A stretch of DNA of 63,813 nucleotides, counting the filler, from Intoshia linei (Eukaryota > Animalia > Orthonectida), in NCBI GenBank assembly GCA_001642005.1. It is 8 parts of 8 records of this genome, joined end to end, with 100 filler letters (N's around TTAATTAATTAA, not from the genome) between each part and the next. Parts side by side here need not be neighbours in the genome. Positions count along the whole stretch, not along the records: positions 12,570 to 25,856 come from LWCA01001027.1; positions 25,957 to 38,202 come from LWCA01001094.1; 6 more parts are not named here. One strand, written 5' to 3'. A program made the position numbers and the translations under genes. Below the pieces are notes generated by a model, which saw nothing but the letters and a program-made list of their open reading frames with translations, made no database searches and was not told the origin of the DNA. Positions 12,570 to 26,314 of this stretch are shown one piece after another (the stretch's first letter is position 1; the number at the start of each line of letters is the position of its first letter).

Positions 12570-14780
12570 TGATTTATAATAAAGTTACAATAAAAACGAC
12601 ATTACTTTTGAAACGACCTAATATATAAAAATATTTTACGGGTCCATGATAAATTATTTTTGAATTTTGGTGGTCCACGAAGTTTACTATTTTAGGAAGC
12701 ACTGCTATAAATTTGAAAATTATGTATAATTTTTCAATTAGATTAAAGGAGGAAAATTTTACTATACAGAAAAAACTCAACAAAATGTGACCAACAAATA
12801 TAATTTAGAACTTTGTATCGACAATTTTGATGATTCATTGGATTCGGATTGGAACAAGTCAATTTCACCACCACTATCAAATTTTAGTTCTGATAATGAA
12901 TGCATAGATTTTAATGAAATTAATTTGAAACGACAAATGGAGTTGTGTGTTGAATTAAACGTTGAATCAAAATCTTTTAATTGCAAAAAAAAATTAAAAA
13001 ATGGAAAATTAAAATCTCTTTCAAAAGATATTACACAACCTCAATTTCCTAATGTGGTACCTAAATAGATGGAGTTATTGTATATTCTTTAATGTTGTTA
13101 TTTGTGATAATAAATTGTACATTTTTTTTAATTTTAAAGTATTTCATATTCATTCATCTAATATTTAGATTGGTGGATCCCTATACCCCTTGGACTGCAA
13201 AACAATATGCCTGGGGTCGTGAGATTCAAATAAAATTTTATCGACTTTTGTTTATTTTTATAGGAAAATTTTTAATATTTATTACAGGATTGTCAGATGT
13301 TGGGAATTTATCGCAAAGTCTAGATGACTGCTACATTATTATTTCAAAAATCTTAATTTTATCCAACCATTATACAATTTCAAAACATCAGGGAAAAATC
13401 GACTTAATCAAACCCTATTATAAAAAATCTCCTTTTATCTACATTTTTTTGAAAAATCCGAATACCACATCTTATCTTATAAACAACAGCTTCTTAATCC
13501 AATTTTACCAACCCTTAATGGAAAAATCCCTTTCAAACACTTGATACATGTTTATGAAATTTCTATTATTTTATTTATTTTTTTGGTATTTATCATATAT
13601 GTCTTTATTGACCAAATGTCTAATACAGTCGTTTCATACTAAACTATAGTAGTTTTTACAAAAATTCTGACACGGATAGTAAACAAAATCAAAGTAAAAA
13701 AAATAAATACTAAAGTGATTTTTTGCCCGTGATGGTGTCAATTTGTAAAATTAAATAGTTTTGTGTGGTTAACTGGAAATCACTATTAGCTGTGATTTTT
13801 TTAAAATTCTAAGACATCATTTTTTAAAAAAAGGGTAATCTGCGTTTTTGATCGTAATAACGGAATTTATTCAAGCTAGCGATGTATCATAATCTTATTT
13901 TAAAAAGTATCCCAGAATTTATGTTTTATAAAAGTCTAGAACTTTTTTCATTTTTAAAAATGAAGATAAAAGTTTTTTAGGGTGAGATTTACGACAATGT
14001 CAAGATTTTAAACCTTGTCCCAGAATTTATTGTTTTTAAAATTCTAGGCTCGATTTTATTTTAAAAAAATAAGTGGATTATGTTTTGACCCTGAAAGTCT
14101 CAATTTCTGAAAATGGAATCTGCATTCAAGCGTCACTCAAAAAAGTGTATTATAAATTGGTTTTTTTAATTCTAGGACTTAATTTTTAAAATAAAAGGTA
14201 ACAAGGACACATTCAATTTTATATAAATAAAGGGTAACGCTTATCATAATCGACGATTGCTTTCATTGTGTAATTCACTTACTGCAAGTGTATTGAGAGG
14301 ATATTTTATGAAAAATATGAAAAAATTTTTAGAAAGTAGATCGAAACAATTAGAAATGCACGAATATCGCACTTTCTGGCAACTCTGAGCTAAAGTTAAA
14401 TGAATTTAACCTAAACATGACTTTTAATCAACCATTAACTTTATTTTATGCTGGACACATATTTTTATTTATAAATTAGTATTTTCTATAAAATTTATAA
14501 AAAAAACACCAAATTAAAATTTAAATAAACTCAGCAATCGAAACCAGTTATATAAATTATATTTTGGAGTTTAGTTATTTATTTCGTTTATACAAGTTAA
14601 TACCATAAATAATGCAATATAATTGTTTTAGTTGATGTGACATCAAAAACACATTTATTTAATTTTGATGTTGTAGTCCATATTTTACCAAACAAAAATT
14701 TCGAGTTTATCCTTTAAAAATCAATCAATTAGAAATAAATCTCGAAACTTGTCCATAAACTAACCAAAAATAATTGTACT

Positions 14781-17700
14781 ATGAAGGAAAAATATGCAAA
14801 TTGTCTACTAATTGTTTCAATTAGAGAAGGTAAATTATTTGTACATGAAATTTATCATTGATCATACATAATACATACATGTATGTATTTAACAACTACA
14901 ATTAATAATTACGATATTTTTTTAGTGAAAAATTTACAAATTAAACCTGGCAATGATTTACAAATTGAATGTCGCTTAAATAAAGAAATATTGACAACGG
15001 ACGCAATAAACCCATCAAATGAAACAAAAACAGTACTAGTCGAACAAGAATTGGCGTGGGAATTGAAATTTAAGGATCTCCAACGATTTAGAATTTATAG
15101 ATCATCAATAAGATGTAACTTTTTTGTAGCAAACAAGAAGAATGGAGCAAAAGATTGTATAGGATATGTAGTTTTGGAAGTAAAAAATGCTCATAAAAAA
15201 AATGAACCAACATGGATGACTCTGTTGAATAGCAAATCAAACCGGGGAAAACCACAATGTTTGATTAGTTTATATGTTGAAGATGAAATTAGAGAATATA
15301 AAGAAACTGATACAGAGTTGTCTTTAAATTTAAACCAAAAGGAAGGATGTTTTGTTATTGAACCCAAATTTCCAAATGTTTATAAAAATAGCAATTTAAA
15401 ACCTTCAAAAAACAAGAAACAATTTTTTAGTTTTACAATTACTGTTGAAAATGTTTTGTTTCTTTATAATCTTATTCCCACAAATACACAAATTGCACCT
15501 CTTTTAAATGGATATACATTAAGGTTTACCATTTTTGATAAAAACGTTTCCACTCTACCTATATTTAATCTTTTTTCAAACAATTTTGTTCCAGAAATTT
15601 CAAAGTTTCGATTAAAGTGTCGGTCTAGTGATTTACGTCAGTATCTTATCAATCAAGATGTCTTTGTAAGTTATTTACCATTTCAAATTGTTTTAAATTC
15701 ATTTTATCTAGTTTACTTTTGCTGGGAGCGATATTGTTATGGGTATTGGAAAATTACAGTTTGCTGATATTATAGATGTTTATGCTTTAGAAAATATTCA
15801 ACAAAGTCTGTTGATTGAAACCAAAGTTTTTGTAATCTTTTTTTATTTCTAAACATTTTCCAGTTTTTTTATTCATACTAAGATAATTATTTAATTATCT
15901 ATCCGATTTATTATAATAAATCGGTTAACATATATGGACCCAAAAGGATTTTATTTAAATTGTTTTTGTATGCCTATTTTCCCAAATTTTAGATTAATCT
16001 AATACATTATTTTTTCCTCTTTTTCATTAATTTTAATAGGTTTGAATTCAATTATCTTACTTTGAGTTTAATTTTTCAAATTTTAACTCGGTTAGTTCAT
16101 ACCAGTGTTTTTTTAACATTTTTTACTTTAGAATGCACCTGTTAAATAGATAAAAATTTGGGGAGCACCTTCAATTTTAAAATTAATAAGAAAAAAACAT
16201 AAATAATCGAAAATGTGCAAAGATTAAAAACGATATAATATAACATCATAACGATACAAAAACTGCTTTTATTTCATTAGATGTCAATGTCAATTTAAAA
16301 GTTTGACACTAATTTATAAATTTTTTTAAAACATAAAATAAACTCAAATTTTTTTGCGATGCATATGAACACCACTAATGGCACATCAGTTAAGAATTCT
16401 TAGAATTAAGCATCACTAGTCCATATTATCAAGTCCATACCAGTCAATATTTCAAAAAAAATTTAAAACAAATTGAAATTTTGCTTTATACTTACAGGAA
16501 TCTGGAATGAATATGAATTATACGTTTATAAACCTTTAATTTAGCTGATTCCGCCAAAGGATAATGTTCCACATTATGATAAAATTCATAATGATGAACG
16601 TGCTCAATTAAAACTAAAAATTAATATTGAATTACAAAATTTGGAAAACTCTCTGGAACAAGTTCCAATTAAAACAACCCACAAAATTTTGAATCAATCT
16701 GATGACGGTACTTTTAAAAAAAGTAATAATGTATATAGATTTTATACAGATCCTCAGAGCCGTCTTAATCCACTTGGGGCCCCTGCGCTAAGCAAAGGGC
16801 CGGGCCCTTTAAAATTTCGAGCGAAGCGATAAAAAAATTTAGGTCCCCTGTTTAGAAGACAGGGCATATTGTTGGTTGGAGACTTAGAGTTTTATTTCAT
16901 TAAGTATTAATAAAAGCATTAAAAGATATTATGTAGGTTTCTAGTAACTTTTATTTATTTTACAAAAACCTACTTACATTAATTAATGAACAAAGTTTAC
17001 TTTTTCATTTGAAAATATGCACCATGCAGTCACAAAAAATTCTTGACAGTTCTTCACAAATGTTGTTTTCTCACTTTTTTCTGAGAGAAATCAGATATGA
17101 TATTATCAAAACTGATATCATTCTGAATTGTACGTCAATCTGATGTACGTTCTTCAATTTGAACAATTCATTTATTTTAAAATTTTGATTTTTCTCAAAA
17201 ATTTGTTTTAATTTTGTGTGTAAAGAGAAATTTATTTGAAAATTATTGGTTGATAATATATTAAAAATTATTTTTCACCGGGAATGCGTAGATTTCTCGG
17301 GTTGAACTTTTTTATTTATATCAACTGGAATAAGCTCTATCAGAATAATTTTTTTTTTTTAATCTTCGGACCATTAATTATTTCACATTTTTTGTTTTAA
17401 TAAAATATTTCGGAAAAAAAATATATGCAAATGAAAATGCTTTTTTGACCATGAAGGCGTCACTTATTCAGATTGAAACTTTTTGTGTTTGTTAACACGA
17501 TACAACTGTACCACCTGTAAATTTTTTTAAATTATAGGGATGTTGTCATTAAAAAAAAAAGGTAATTTGTTGTTTTGGTCCTGAAAATATATTTTTTTAA
17601 AATTTAAATTTATGATAATGTTTATGATTTTATAATGCTGTTTTCTATTTTAGAAATAGATTTTTCTAATTAATCATATGATTTTTTTACTCAATTGTTA

Positions 17701-20700
17701 AAGATTTTGAAGATAATTTTGGGCCAAAATTTGATAGGGCTTTAATAGGAAATTTTTTTCACTCAATTTTTAAAGGTTTTGAAGATGATTTTTGTGACAA
17801 GATTATTGTAGGATTTTTAAGGGAACATTTTGTCGATAATTTTTTTTGGTCCAAAATTTATTAGGATTTGTTAGGGAATATTTTTAACATTAAAAGGTAT
17901 CTTGAAAAATTGGATTAAAAAAATCCCTTAAAAACCCAACCAAATTTTAGACCCAAAATTATCGTTAAATTTTTTTAAAATTGGGTGAAAAAATTTTCCC
18001 AAACGAAACTTACAAAAATTTCATGAAAAACTTAATAATATGATAAATTAGTAAAATCGATGATTATGTCGCTCTGATGTATCGTTCCAACAATACATCT
18101 CTCTAAAATCTAGAGCAGTGGTTCTCAACTTATTTTTTCTTACTCAAATTCATTAATATTTTTTAATTTTTAATTTCCTCCCTCAAAATAGTAAAATTCC
18201 CCTTTTTGAGAACTTTTGCTCTATATAAATGGACATCCAAATACTTGCACCTTTACGGTCAAAACTCAAGTTACCCATTATTTTGAACAATGAAAAAAAT
18301 CTAAGTCAAGGATTTTTTTAATTAAGTCTTTAGTATTTTGAAAAAATCATATGCAATTCAATTTATAATAATTATATTATATTGTAATATTAATATTAAC
18401 ATTAGTATCATATAATATTATTTTTTTAAATTCTTCAACTTGTTTCATTTTCAAAAAAGGACAATTGGGGTTTTTGACCTGTAAGATGTGAGTTTGAGAG
18501 GTTGAAATTTATTTTGCGAACACCCCTGAAAAAAACTGTAATTGAAATGTGGACTTTATAAAATTCTAAGACGGGTAGTTATTTAAATAAAGTAGAACAC
18601 ATACACAAACAAAAATCTGTAGCATATTATATAAGTAAAGATTGTAATACAATTAATTTCCAAGATCTATGATTATTTCACGGTAAGATAAATTAATAAT
18701 TACAAATTAATTAAAATCATAAAGAAAAATTATGAATGATTTAAATGAATTTTCTTATAAATTTTTAGACGAAAACCAAAAAAATGTTAAACAGTCAAAT
18801 ATTGAAATAATCGAACCAACAATAATGAATTCACAGTCATTATTACAAAACGACATTGTAGATTTAGCAATAACGATACACTTTAAAAATATAACTTGTT
18901 CCAACACATATAATCAAGTCTACATTAAATTTAAAGATGATGTTATAGGGTTGAATAATTGTGTAATTACTCACCCTAGAATTGATCTAATTCCAAATGT
19001 TTTGGTTGATTTTTCAAATAGTATTTGTGAGTCTTCCTTTTCCATTAAAAGTAATAAATATCCGATATTTTTTAACAGGTAATTTCATTGTATCAATAGT
19101 TTTATTATAATGTTTAGTCACATTTTTAATGGCGAAATGTTTTCTTTAAAAGACGGAAACGATGATTGTTGTCATAAAATTGGAAATTTACAGTTTAGAC
19201 TTGGCGATTTTGGCAAAAATTTGCTTGGTTCATATCAAAAAAATACTCCAGTTATTTCTGATGATGAAACGTTTTTAATTAATTATTATTTATTTATGAT
19301 TCGAGCTCTGTTCGTTATTTTTTAACTTTTAACTCTAAAATAAGTCTTGTTATTTAAGCAATATATTATTGTTTATTGTTTTAATAATATATTAATCATA
19401 TTTTAATTACATCTTGGGTGATCGTATTTTTAACAACGTATCAGTTGCATACAGTGTATGACCAATGATCATTGACTATTCCATAATCAGTGATCTACAA
19501 TACGTTATGCATTTAAGTGTTAAAGGTGTAATATTTTCATTTTTGCCTGAAAATGTGTCTGGATAGATGGGATCTAATTCATGCATCAAATCATAATATC
19601 CTTACTTATTTGTAGTAATTATCTAAAAATTTATGCCTGTTACCATTTATTTAAGAAAGTAAGAGGCGTATAATTTAAAAAAGGATAATTGAGATTTTTG
19701 ACCATGAAGGACTCAATTGTTGAAAATTAAATTTCCGATAAAACCTCTCCCTCGAAAAATTATTACAAATAGGTGTACAATACTTTGTATATGTAAGTAA
19801 AAACTCATTAAAGTTTTAGACTTTAATTTTAATCTGACTTATTAATAGTATATTAATATCCATCATAGAATATAACGGAACTGTTATTAATCCTTTAACA
19901 TAAGACAAATGTGACATATTTTTAAATATATAACCAGGCCCTATGCACTTTAATGACAAAGGGTTAATGAATCATTTTTAGTCAAGTAGCCACAGTTTTT
20001 ATTGAAATTGAAATAAAAAAAGTGGAGTGCGATCCAAAATTGAAAGAAATTAAATCCGGAGTTGACGAAGCCAAAAATGTAGAAAAAATGCATATACTGA
20101 AGTCAAATCAAACAGTTGATAAAAAATTGGATAGAAATACTACTGATGCCATTGAATATAAAGTAGCTTTTGAATTGGAATGTAATTATTTTTGATTTTT
20201 TCAAAAAAATGAATATATAGCAGTAGCTATTAAACTTTAAATTTGACGGACCCCATATTAAAATTTTTGTTGTTGATAAGGGATCGTGAGGTATAAAAGG
20301 TTAATAACCACTGAGTTAAATGATCCACAAAAATTACTCGTAATTTACGACTCGTAAATCATGAGAAATTTCTTGTTTAGGTTTTTTTGAAAAAAATATA
20401 AAGTGTTGGAAACTATTTATAAATTGAGATTTTAATGGATTGTAACAGAAAATTATTTTTTTAATAATAGCTGGCAATTTTATCATCAACCTTAATTTTT
20501 TTACGTTTCTTTTTTGTAAGCTATTTAAAATATTTAAATAATTGAATATTCGACTTAATTAGAAATTAGACTTTGTACAATCATTAAGTTAAAAGTTAAA
20601 GTTTGATAAGGTAAAATTTCTTATTGGATTTTTTGAAATAAAAACGTCTTAATTTGATCGGACAATTCAAAAAATCTTTCAAGTATTTTACCAAATGAAA

Positions 20701-23202
20701 ACCAACTTATATTAGAATATACTGAATTTAAAGAACGAGATTTAATCAAATTTACAATTCTTACTACTTTTCTATTGTGATTTTTAAATATGTATATTTC
20801 TGCATTCAAATTTTATTTCAAATTAATTTCAAAAAAAAATTTCTAAATTTGTCATAAAATCTTTCACGGACACGGAAAATTCTACGGATCCCAGTTTAAA
20901 AAATACTGATATATAGTATACTTTGTATAGTATGGAAAAATGAACAAATGAAGGAATTTAAACTGTCATATAAAAAAAAGGAAGAAACTTTACTGTCAAA
21001 ATTGGAAAATGAATTTAGTGATCGAGAAAACCAGAGAGCTATTTTATATGAAAAAAAGGTTAAATATTGTGTTTAAAGCCAAATTAAGTGCATTTCGCTT
21101 ATAATTAAATAATATAATAAGTTACGGTTAGGTTTGGGTTTTAATAGTGAACAAATACGCGAAAAGTTACGTGATAATACTAAAATAAAATAATTTTTGA
21201 ATAAAACCAGATTTCGCAACGAATAACAGGTTATGTTTAGAAAACGTATTTTTTTTTTGGTGGTATTAAAATTATATAATGACCCAATTATAGTAGAAAA
21301 TATTTAAATTGGTGTTTGAAAATTGAAATATAAATAATTTACACATTTACTCAAAGGGCCACCAAAATTATTCTGTGGGCCATTGGTTGCCGAGCCCTGT
21401 CCTAGTGTATTACACACTGTTTATATGTACTGGTTAATATATCGATAAATTAAAGTGGATTATGGGTATGATTTATGTAATTTAATTAAATAAAAATGTT
21501 ATGACCGGATTAGAAAAAAAATTATAAACGACAAAGAATGAGCTTTCGGTCTAATGTAGTAACTATAATAGTTTAATCCAGTAGTTCCCAGACTGTGCGC
21601 CGCAAGACAAAATTAGGTGGGTCACGAGTTTTTGAACTAATTTCAAAAATTGAATAAAACTTAATAAAAAATACACGTATTTAATTTAAATCTATACACT
21701 TCAAACAAAAAACTCACCAAACGTTTTGTAGTCATTTTAATAATGTTTAAACATTCAAGTCCGCATTTTTCTAGGAGAATATTCCAGCAAAACCAGTCAA
21801 AATTTTGTGGTAAGTCGGTTTGAATTGTTAATAAATTTTTAATTAATTTTGAGTGTGCCGCAACAATAAAAAGTTTGCGAACCACTGGTTTAATATATAT
21901 AGTAAACAATTACTGTAGTCATCAATTTAGATAAAAGAATATACTTCACTGGAGGACAAACTAAGAGAAACTTTATCTGATTTAAAATTAGTTGATAGTA
22001 ACATAAAACAGAGAGATAAGGAGGTAATTAATATTTTATTGGTAAATGAATTTTTTGTTAATCATAAAATTTAGGTTATAAGTGAATACGAACAAAAGTA
22101 TTTGGAATTGGATATTTACAAAAAGAAAATAGAAGCTCAATGTGAACATAAAATCCGAGTTGAAAGGTAAATTTTTATAATAAAAACGCATAATAAAACC
22201 AGGCTGTTACAATTTTCGCGGTGTAGACCAAGTTTTTGACCAATCAATTAAAATTGACATAAATAGGACAATAAAATTTGCTGGCGCACAAGCTGAGATA
22301 TACTGAATTAATGACATATTTTTCGATATTTATTTTGTTTTAGACTCAAAACCTCAGAATTGGAAGAATTAACATGTAAATTAAGATACAAGGTACCTTT
22401 ATTTTTATTATTATAAATTATACCATTAGGTGGAACAATCAGAGAGCAAGTACACTCACTTAGAAACGGAATACAACGAATTTCGTCAACATTTACGAAC
22501 TGATCCTCAGCACAATTTAAAATTTAATGTAGCCAAATTGAGTGATGAAATTGTAATTTATAAAAAATGAAAAGTTTTATAAATTCAATTTAGGATTGTT
22601 TAAAGAATAAGGTGGCTTGTTTAAGAAAATCAAAAAAAACGTATAAAGACAAGTACTCTGAAGCTATTAAAGAAATTCTAAAATATAAGGAAAATGAAAA
22701 TAAGACTCAAAAAATTAAAATTGTTAAACAAGCCATGCAGATTGAAGAATTTAGAGGAAAAATTGATAAAGCAAATTGTGATAAAGAAAAATATTCGGTT
22801 CAAGAAATCAACAAGTTGAACCAAATTGCAGATTTAAAACATGACATTGAATTGTAATTTTATATCAACAGTCGCATAATCGGTAACGTATGGCCTACAT
22901 TTCATAAAAATAATTACTCCTTTCAAGTGTCTGGTCGAAATAAAAAAAGTATTTTTTGGAGTCCTTTGTATATTTTTTTGGTAACGCTAACTGAAACAAA
23001 TTATATGAAATTGTATATTAAATTGAAATGTAGCATAAAGAACAAAACTGTTGAAAAAGAAGAAATTGAAAATAGAAACAATAGAGAAATGAAAAGCAAA
23101 TTAATTCAAGAACGAACAAGTCTGATGAACACCAAAAACTATACAGAAAAGGACACTCTCATTAAACAGTTGGATGATACCATCAAATTAATGTCCAAAT
23201 GA
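14781..23202 (+). CDS. CEP120: Centrosomal protein 120 (C2 domains plus C-terminal coiled coil), about 14 exons
   Basis: MKEKYANCLLIVSIRE...ELAWELKFKDLQRFRIYRSSIRCNFFV...AKDCIGYVVLEVKNA...W..LL match the CEP120 C2A pattern. IEYKVAFELE/WK and coiled-coil exons lie at 19982-23202. GT-AG introns. Confidence 0.88.
17655..18062. repeat. Foldback-like element with ~30-bp internal subrepeats
   Basis: Inverted ends (TTTTTCTAATTAATCATAT / ATATGATAAATTAGTAAAA) and opposed T-rich/A-rich subrepeat arrays. Confidence 0.5.
20221..20908 (-). mobile_element. hAT (Buster/Charlie-type) deleted element in a CEP120 intron
   Basis: CAG...CTG ends and perfect 8-bp TSD ATATATAG. Remnant VVRIVNLIKSRSLNS..WFSFGKILERFFEL. 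Confidence 0.8.
21579..21887. mobile_element. hAT MITE
   Basis: TIR CAGTAGTTCCCAGAC / GTTTGCGAACCACTG; TSD GTTTAATC / GTTTAATA. Confidence 0.7.
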
Positions 23203-23254
23203 AACAAATATACAAAATTAAATTTATTACTACATAAATAGCTGAATATTACAT

Positions 23255-23756
23255 TTAAGCTGTCGCTGCCTCCAATAACAAAATGTTATTTCCACGTACA
23301 ATCTAATTTGATAAGTAAAAAATGTAAGTTTCAATTTACCATTTGTCCGAGGGTTTCAGATGGTTTGTTAATGTTGTACATGACACCTTCATCCAAAACA
23401 ATATTCATAAATGAATCAAACCCACTTAGAACACCTATGATGGTGTAATTTCCGACTAGTCCAACTAAAAAATTAATTTTACGTATAAGAATTGATAAAT
23501 TTAAATTTCATCATAGCGGTACGATTTATCCATAATACATTGAAGGCAGATATATCATATATGGTAGTTACTTTTAATTTTATTAAACCAAGCCAGTATT
23601 GTTATTAAAATCGAGTGTTAGGAAATTACAAATAAATAAAAAATATTACCTTTCACACGTTTATCCATAAATCTAAATTCATTTTAGTAAAATATAAATT
23701 TCAATATTTGTTTATTAAATGTACCTATTCAATTCTGGAGGTTGGGGTTTAGTCAT
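23255..23756 (-). CDS. SNRPG: Small nuclear ribonucleoprotein G (SmG), 4 exons
   Basis: Spliced product MTKPQPPELNRFMDKRVKVGLVGNYTIIGVLSGFDSFMNIVLDEGVMYNINKPSETLGQMIVRGNNILLLEAATA carries Sm1/Sm2 motifs and the SmG-type PPEL.RFMDK N-terminus. Confidence 0.88.
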
Positions 23757-24280
23757 TATTTTTTGTAATTATAAATGCAATAAAGTTACACTTGGATTTA
23801 AATTTAATGTAAATGTAAGTTTATTAATTGACTTGTTGATTTGTAACAAATCATTTGTTGATTATTGTCGCATATCGCAATAACGACTAATCATCTGAAC
23901 GGTGGACCAATTGTATGATTTCGTTTAACTGTTAGTAACGATAGAGCAACTTTAGAATAATTATCGTTAAACTCACTTCACTCTAGAATGAATATATTAT
24001 GTTAATTCATTTTCTACATGAAATATAATGTTTGATATATAAGTTTCTAGTATTACACTATTGAAGTTACTTCTAGTACTTAATATCATTATCTCGTTAC
24101 CAAATGTATTTATAACATCATTTTTATGAGTTTATACACCCGATTACGCTACTCTGTTAAATCGCCATATGTAAAAATTATACAATTGTACACAAAAGTT
24201 TGGTGACCAAACTAAATTACAGCAAAATCTTAATGTAAGACTTGATCAAAATATAATAAAGTTAAATTGTTGGTGTAATA

Positions 24281-25005
24281 ATGAATACATTTAAACTTTT
24301 TACATCACGATTAACTCTATTAAATTTTGAAAATGTAGCCATTAGAAGAATGTCGAGAGGTAAATAATAATACGTTGTTAACTAACTCCCTGAAAAATTA
24401 TTAGTATCATATGCTGATAAAAAAGGAAACGTTGAAAAAGATCGTTTTGAAGATTTGGATAAATATGACTTACCAAAGATTGAAAAGTAAATTATAAAGT
24501 ACATAAATTAACCAAGTCATTAAAATTGGTCAATTATCCCAGGCTTATGGGTTTTCCATCTTTTTACATTGTGTACCTCTTTTCTGTTCGTTTTCAAGTT
24601 GATATTTTTATAATTATAAGTTATAAATTAGCACATTTTTTTTGATTAAATTTGTTTTAAATGCTTAATCCGATTGCCGTTGCACAGAAAAAATAAGAAT
24701 GATTTAATATTGACAACATTGTAAACCCAAAAATGAAATTTAGTTATAAAATTTTGGTATTGTCTCTCGGAAAATCTTTACGCTACCATTTGTCGATTTA
24801 GACCATGTTGAATTGTTCAACTATGATTATCAATAATTTTATGTAAAGTAAATTATAATGTTCAACATTTGTAGACATAACCTAAAAATTCCGGACAAAA
24901 CAACCAACAACACATTATATGACGGTGTACCGTTCGATAAGCTTGCAATAGTCAACATTAAAGCTACACCCAATAATACGTTACTTAGCCTAACTACATA
25001 TGATT
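24281..25005 (+). CDS. MRPS11: Mitochondrial ribosomal protein S11, 5' three exons (rest lost at gap)
   Basis: Arg-rich targeting-like N-terminus. Exon 3 encodes YDGVPFDKLAIVNIKATPNNTLLSLTT, matching the uS11m F..IPI.HIKAS.NNT pattern. Confidence 0.75.
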
Positions 25006-25325
25006 GTAATTTTATATTTTAAATCAGTTGATTTTATCTGAATTTTTTGAAATTCTAGGGCTGTTTTCATTAAAAAAGAAAGGTAATTTGTGGTTTTGGC
25101 CCTGAAGATATAATTTTTTAAATTTTCTAACTCGTTTGATTTTCAAAAAGAGGGACAACTGGAGTTTTTGACCCGTAAGATGTGAAATTGGGAGGTTGGA
25201 ATTAAGTTTGCGAACACGCCCGAAAAAACTGTAATTGAAATGTGGATTTTATAAAATTCTAAGACGGGTAGTTATTTAAATAAGGTAGGACACACAGACA
25301 AACAAAATCTCGTAGCATATTATAT

Positions 25326-25856
25326 TAGGGTGACCCAAAAAAGCACTATTGTCTCAAATTTCTAAGGATTGTTACTTATATGGTTCGATTATGTATTAGA
25401 TATCACCAGAATTTTTTTTTGGATGTCATCTTCAGCTTTCTTAAATTTAATTAAGTTTATTCTAACTTTATTTGACTGTTAAAGGTAAGAAACATCATAC
25501 AAAACAAAATAAAACTATTTAAAGTATTTTTATATCACAAAAGATGTCAAACAATAATCCACCTGGAAAGGAAAAGTTACCTTCTAAAATTTTTAGAATT
25601 ACAAGAGAGATGTGGCTAGTGGGACCCGCAATTGAAAAACTCGCAGAACATAAATTACCAACAATAAAGCAGGTTATATGCATGTACTCATAAGAACATA
25701 TGATCAAGAATCAGAGACTTAATCAAGGTATCAGCATTGTTGTTGAGGCAGTTAATTCCATATATAATAATGCTAGGATTCCCACCATGTCAAAAAGTAA
25801 TCCTATCAGTAAACTAAAGCGTATAGTTCTTACATACAACAAATTGAAACAATTTA
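25326..25856 (+). mobile_element. hATm-like transposon 5' end with decayed transposase
   Basis: TAGGGTG terminus. KLPTIKQV...IYNNARIPTM..KLKRI N-terminal motif with an internal stop. Interrupts a Helitron 5' end. Confidence 0.55.
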
Positions 25857-26314
25857 NNNNNNNNNNNNNNNNNNNNNNNNNNNNNNNNNNNNNNNNNNNN
25901 TTAATTAATTAANNNNNNNNNNNNNNNNNNNNNNNNNNNNNNNNNNNNNNNNNNNNGGAATGCGTAGATTTCTGAGGTTGAAATTTTGTATTTATATCAA
26001 CTGGAATAAGTTCTATCAGATTAATTTTTTTTTAATTTTTGGACCGTTAATTATTTCACATTTTTTGTTTTAAAAAATATATGAATACTAAAATTTTTTT
26101 TTGACCGTGAAGACGTCACTTATTCAAATAGAAATTTTTTGTGTGTGTTAATAGGATACAACTCTAATACCCGTAAATTTGTAAAATTAAAACACACACA
26201 AACAAATTTTGCAAATTATATTATATAAGTAAAGATAAACAAATGTATTACACCCGTATTAATAATCCATGAATAACTATATAGTGTAATATACATGTAG
26301 CCTAATAATTTTAG

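Noticed and set aside
12787-13544. ORFs and exon-like segments after the first gap
   Set aside because: Possibly the 3' end of a gene, but no family was recognised and the splicing frame is ambiguous.
23490-23600. Possible C/D snoRNA in SNRPG intron 2 (ATGATA...ATGA on the minus strand)
   Set aside because: Boxes are non-canonical, the element is short, and no rRNA/snRNA complement could be recognised.
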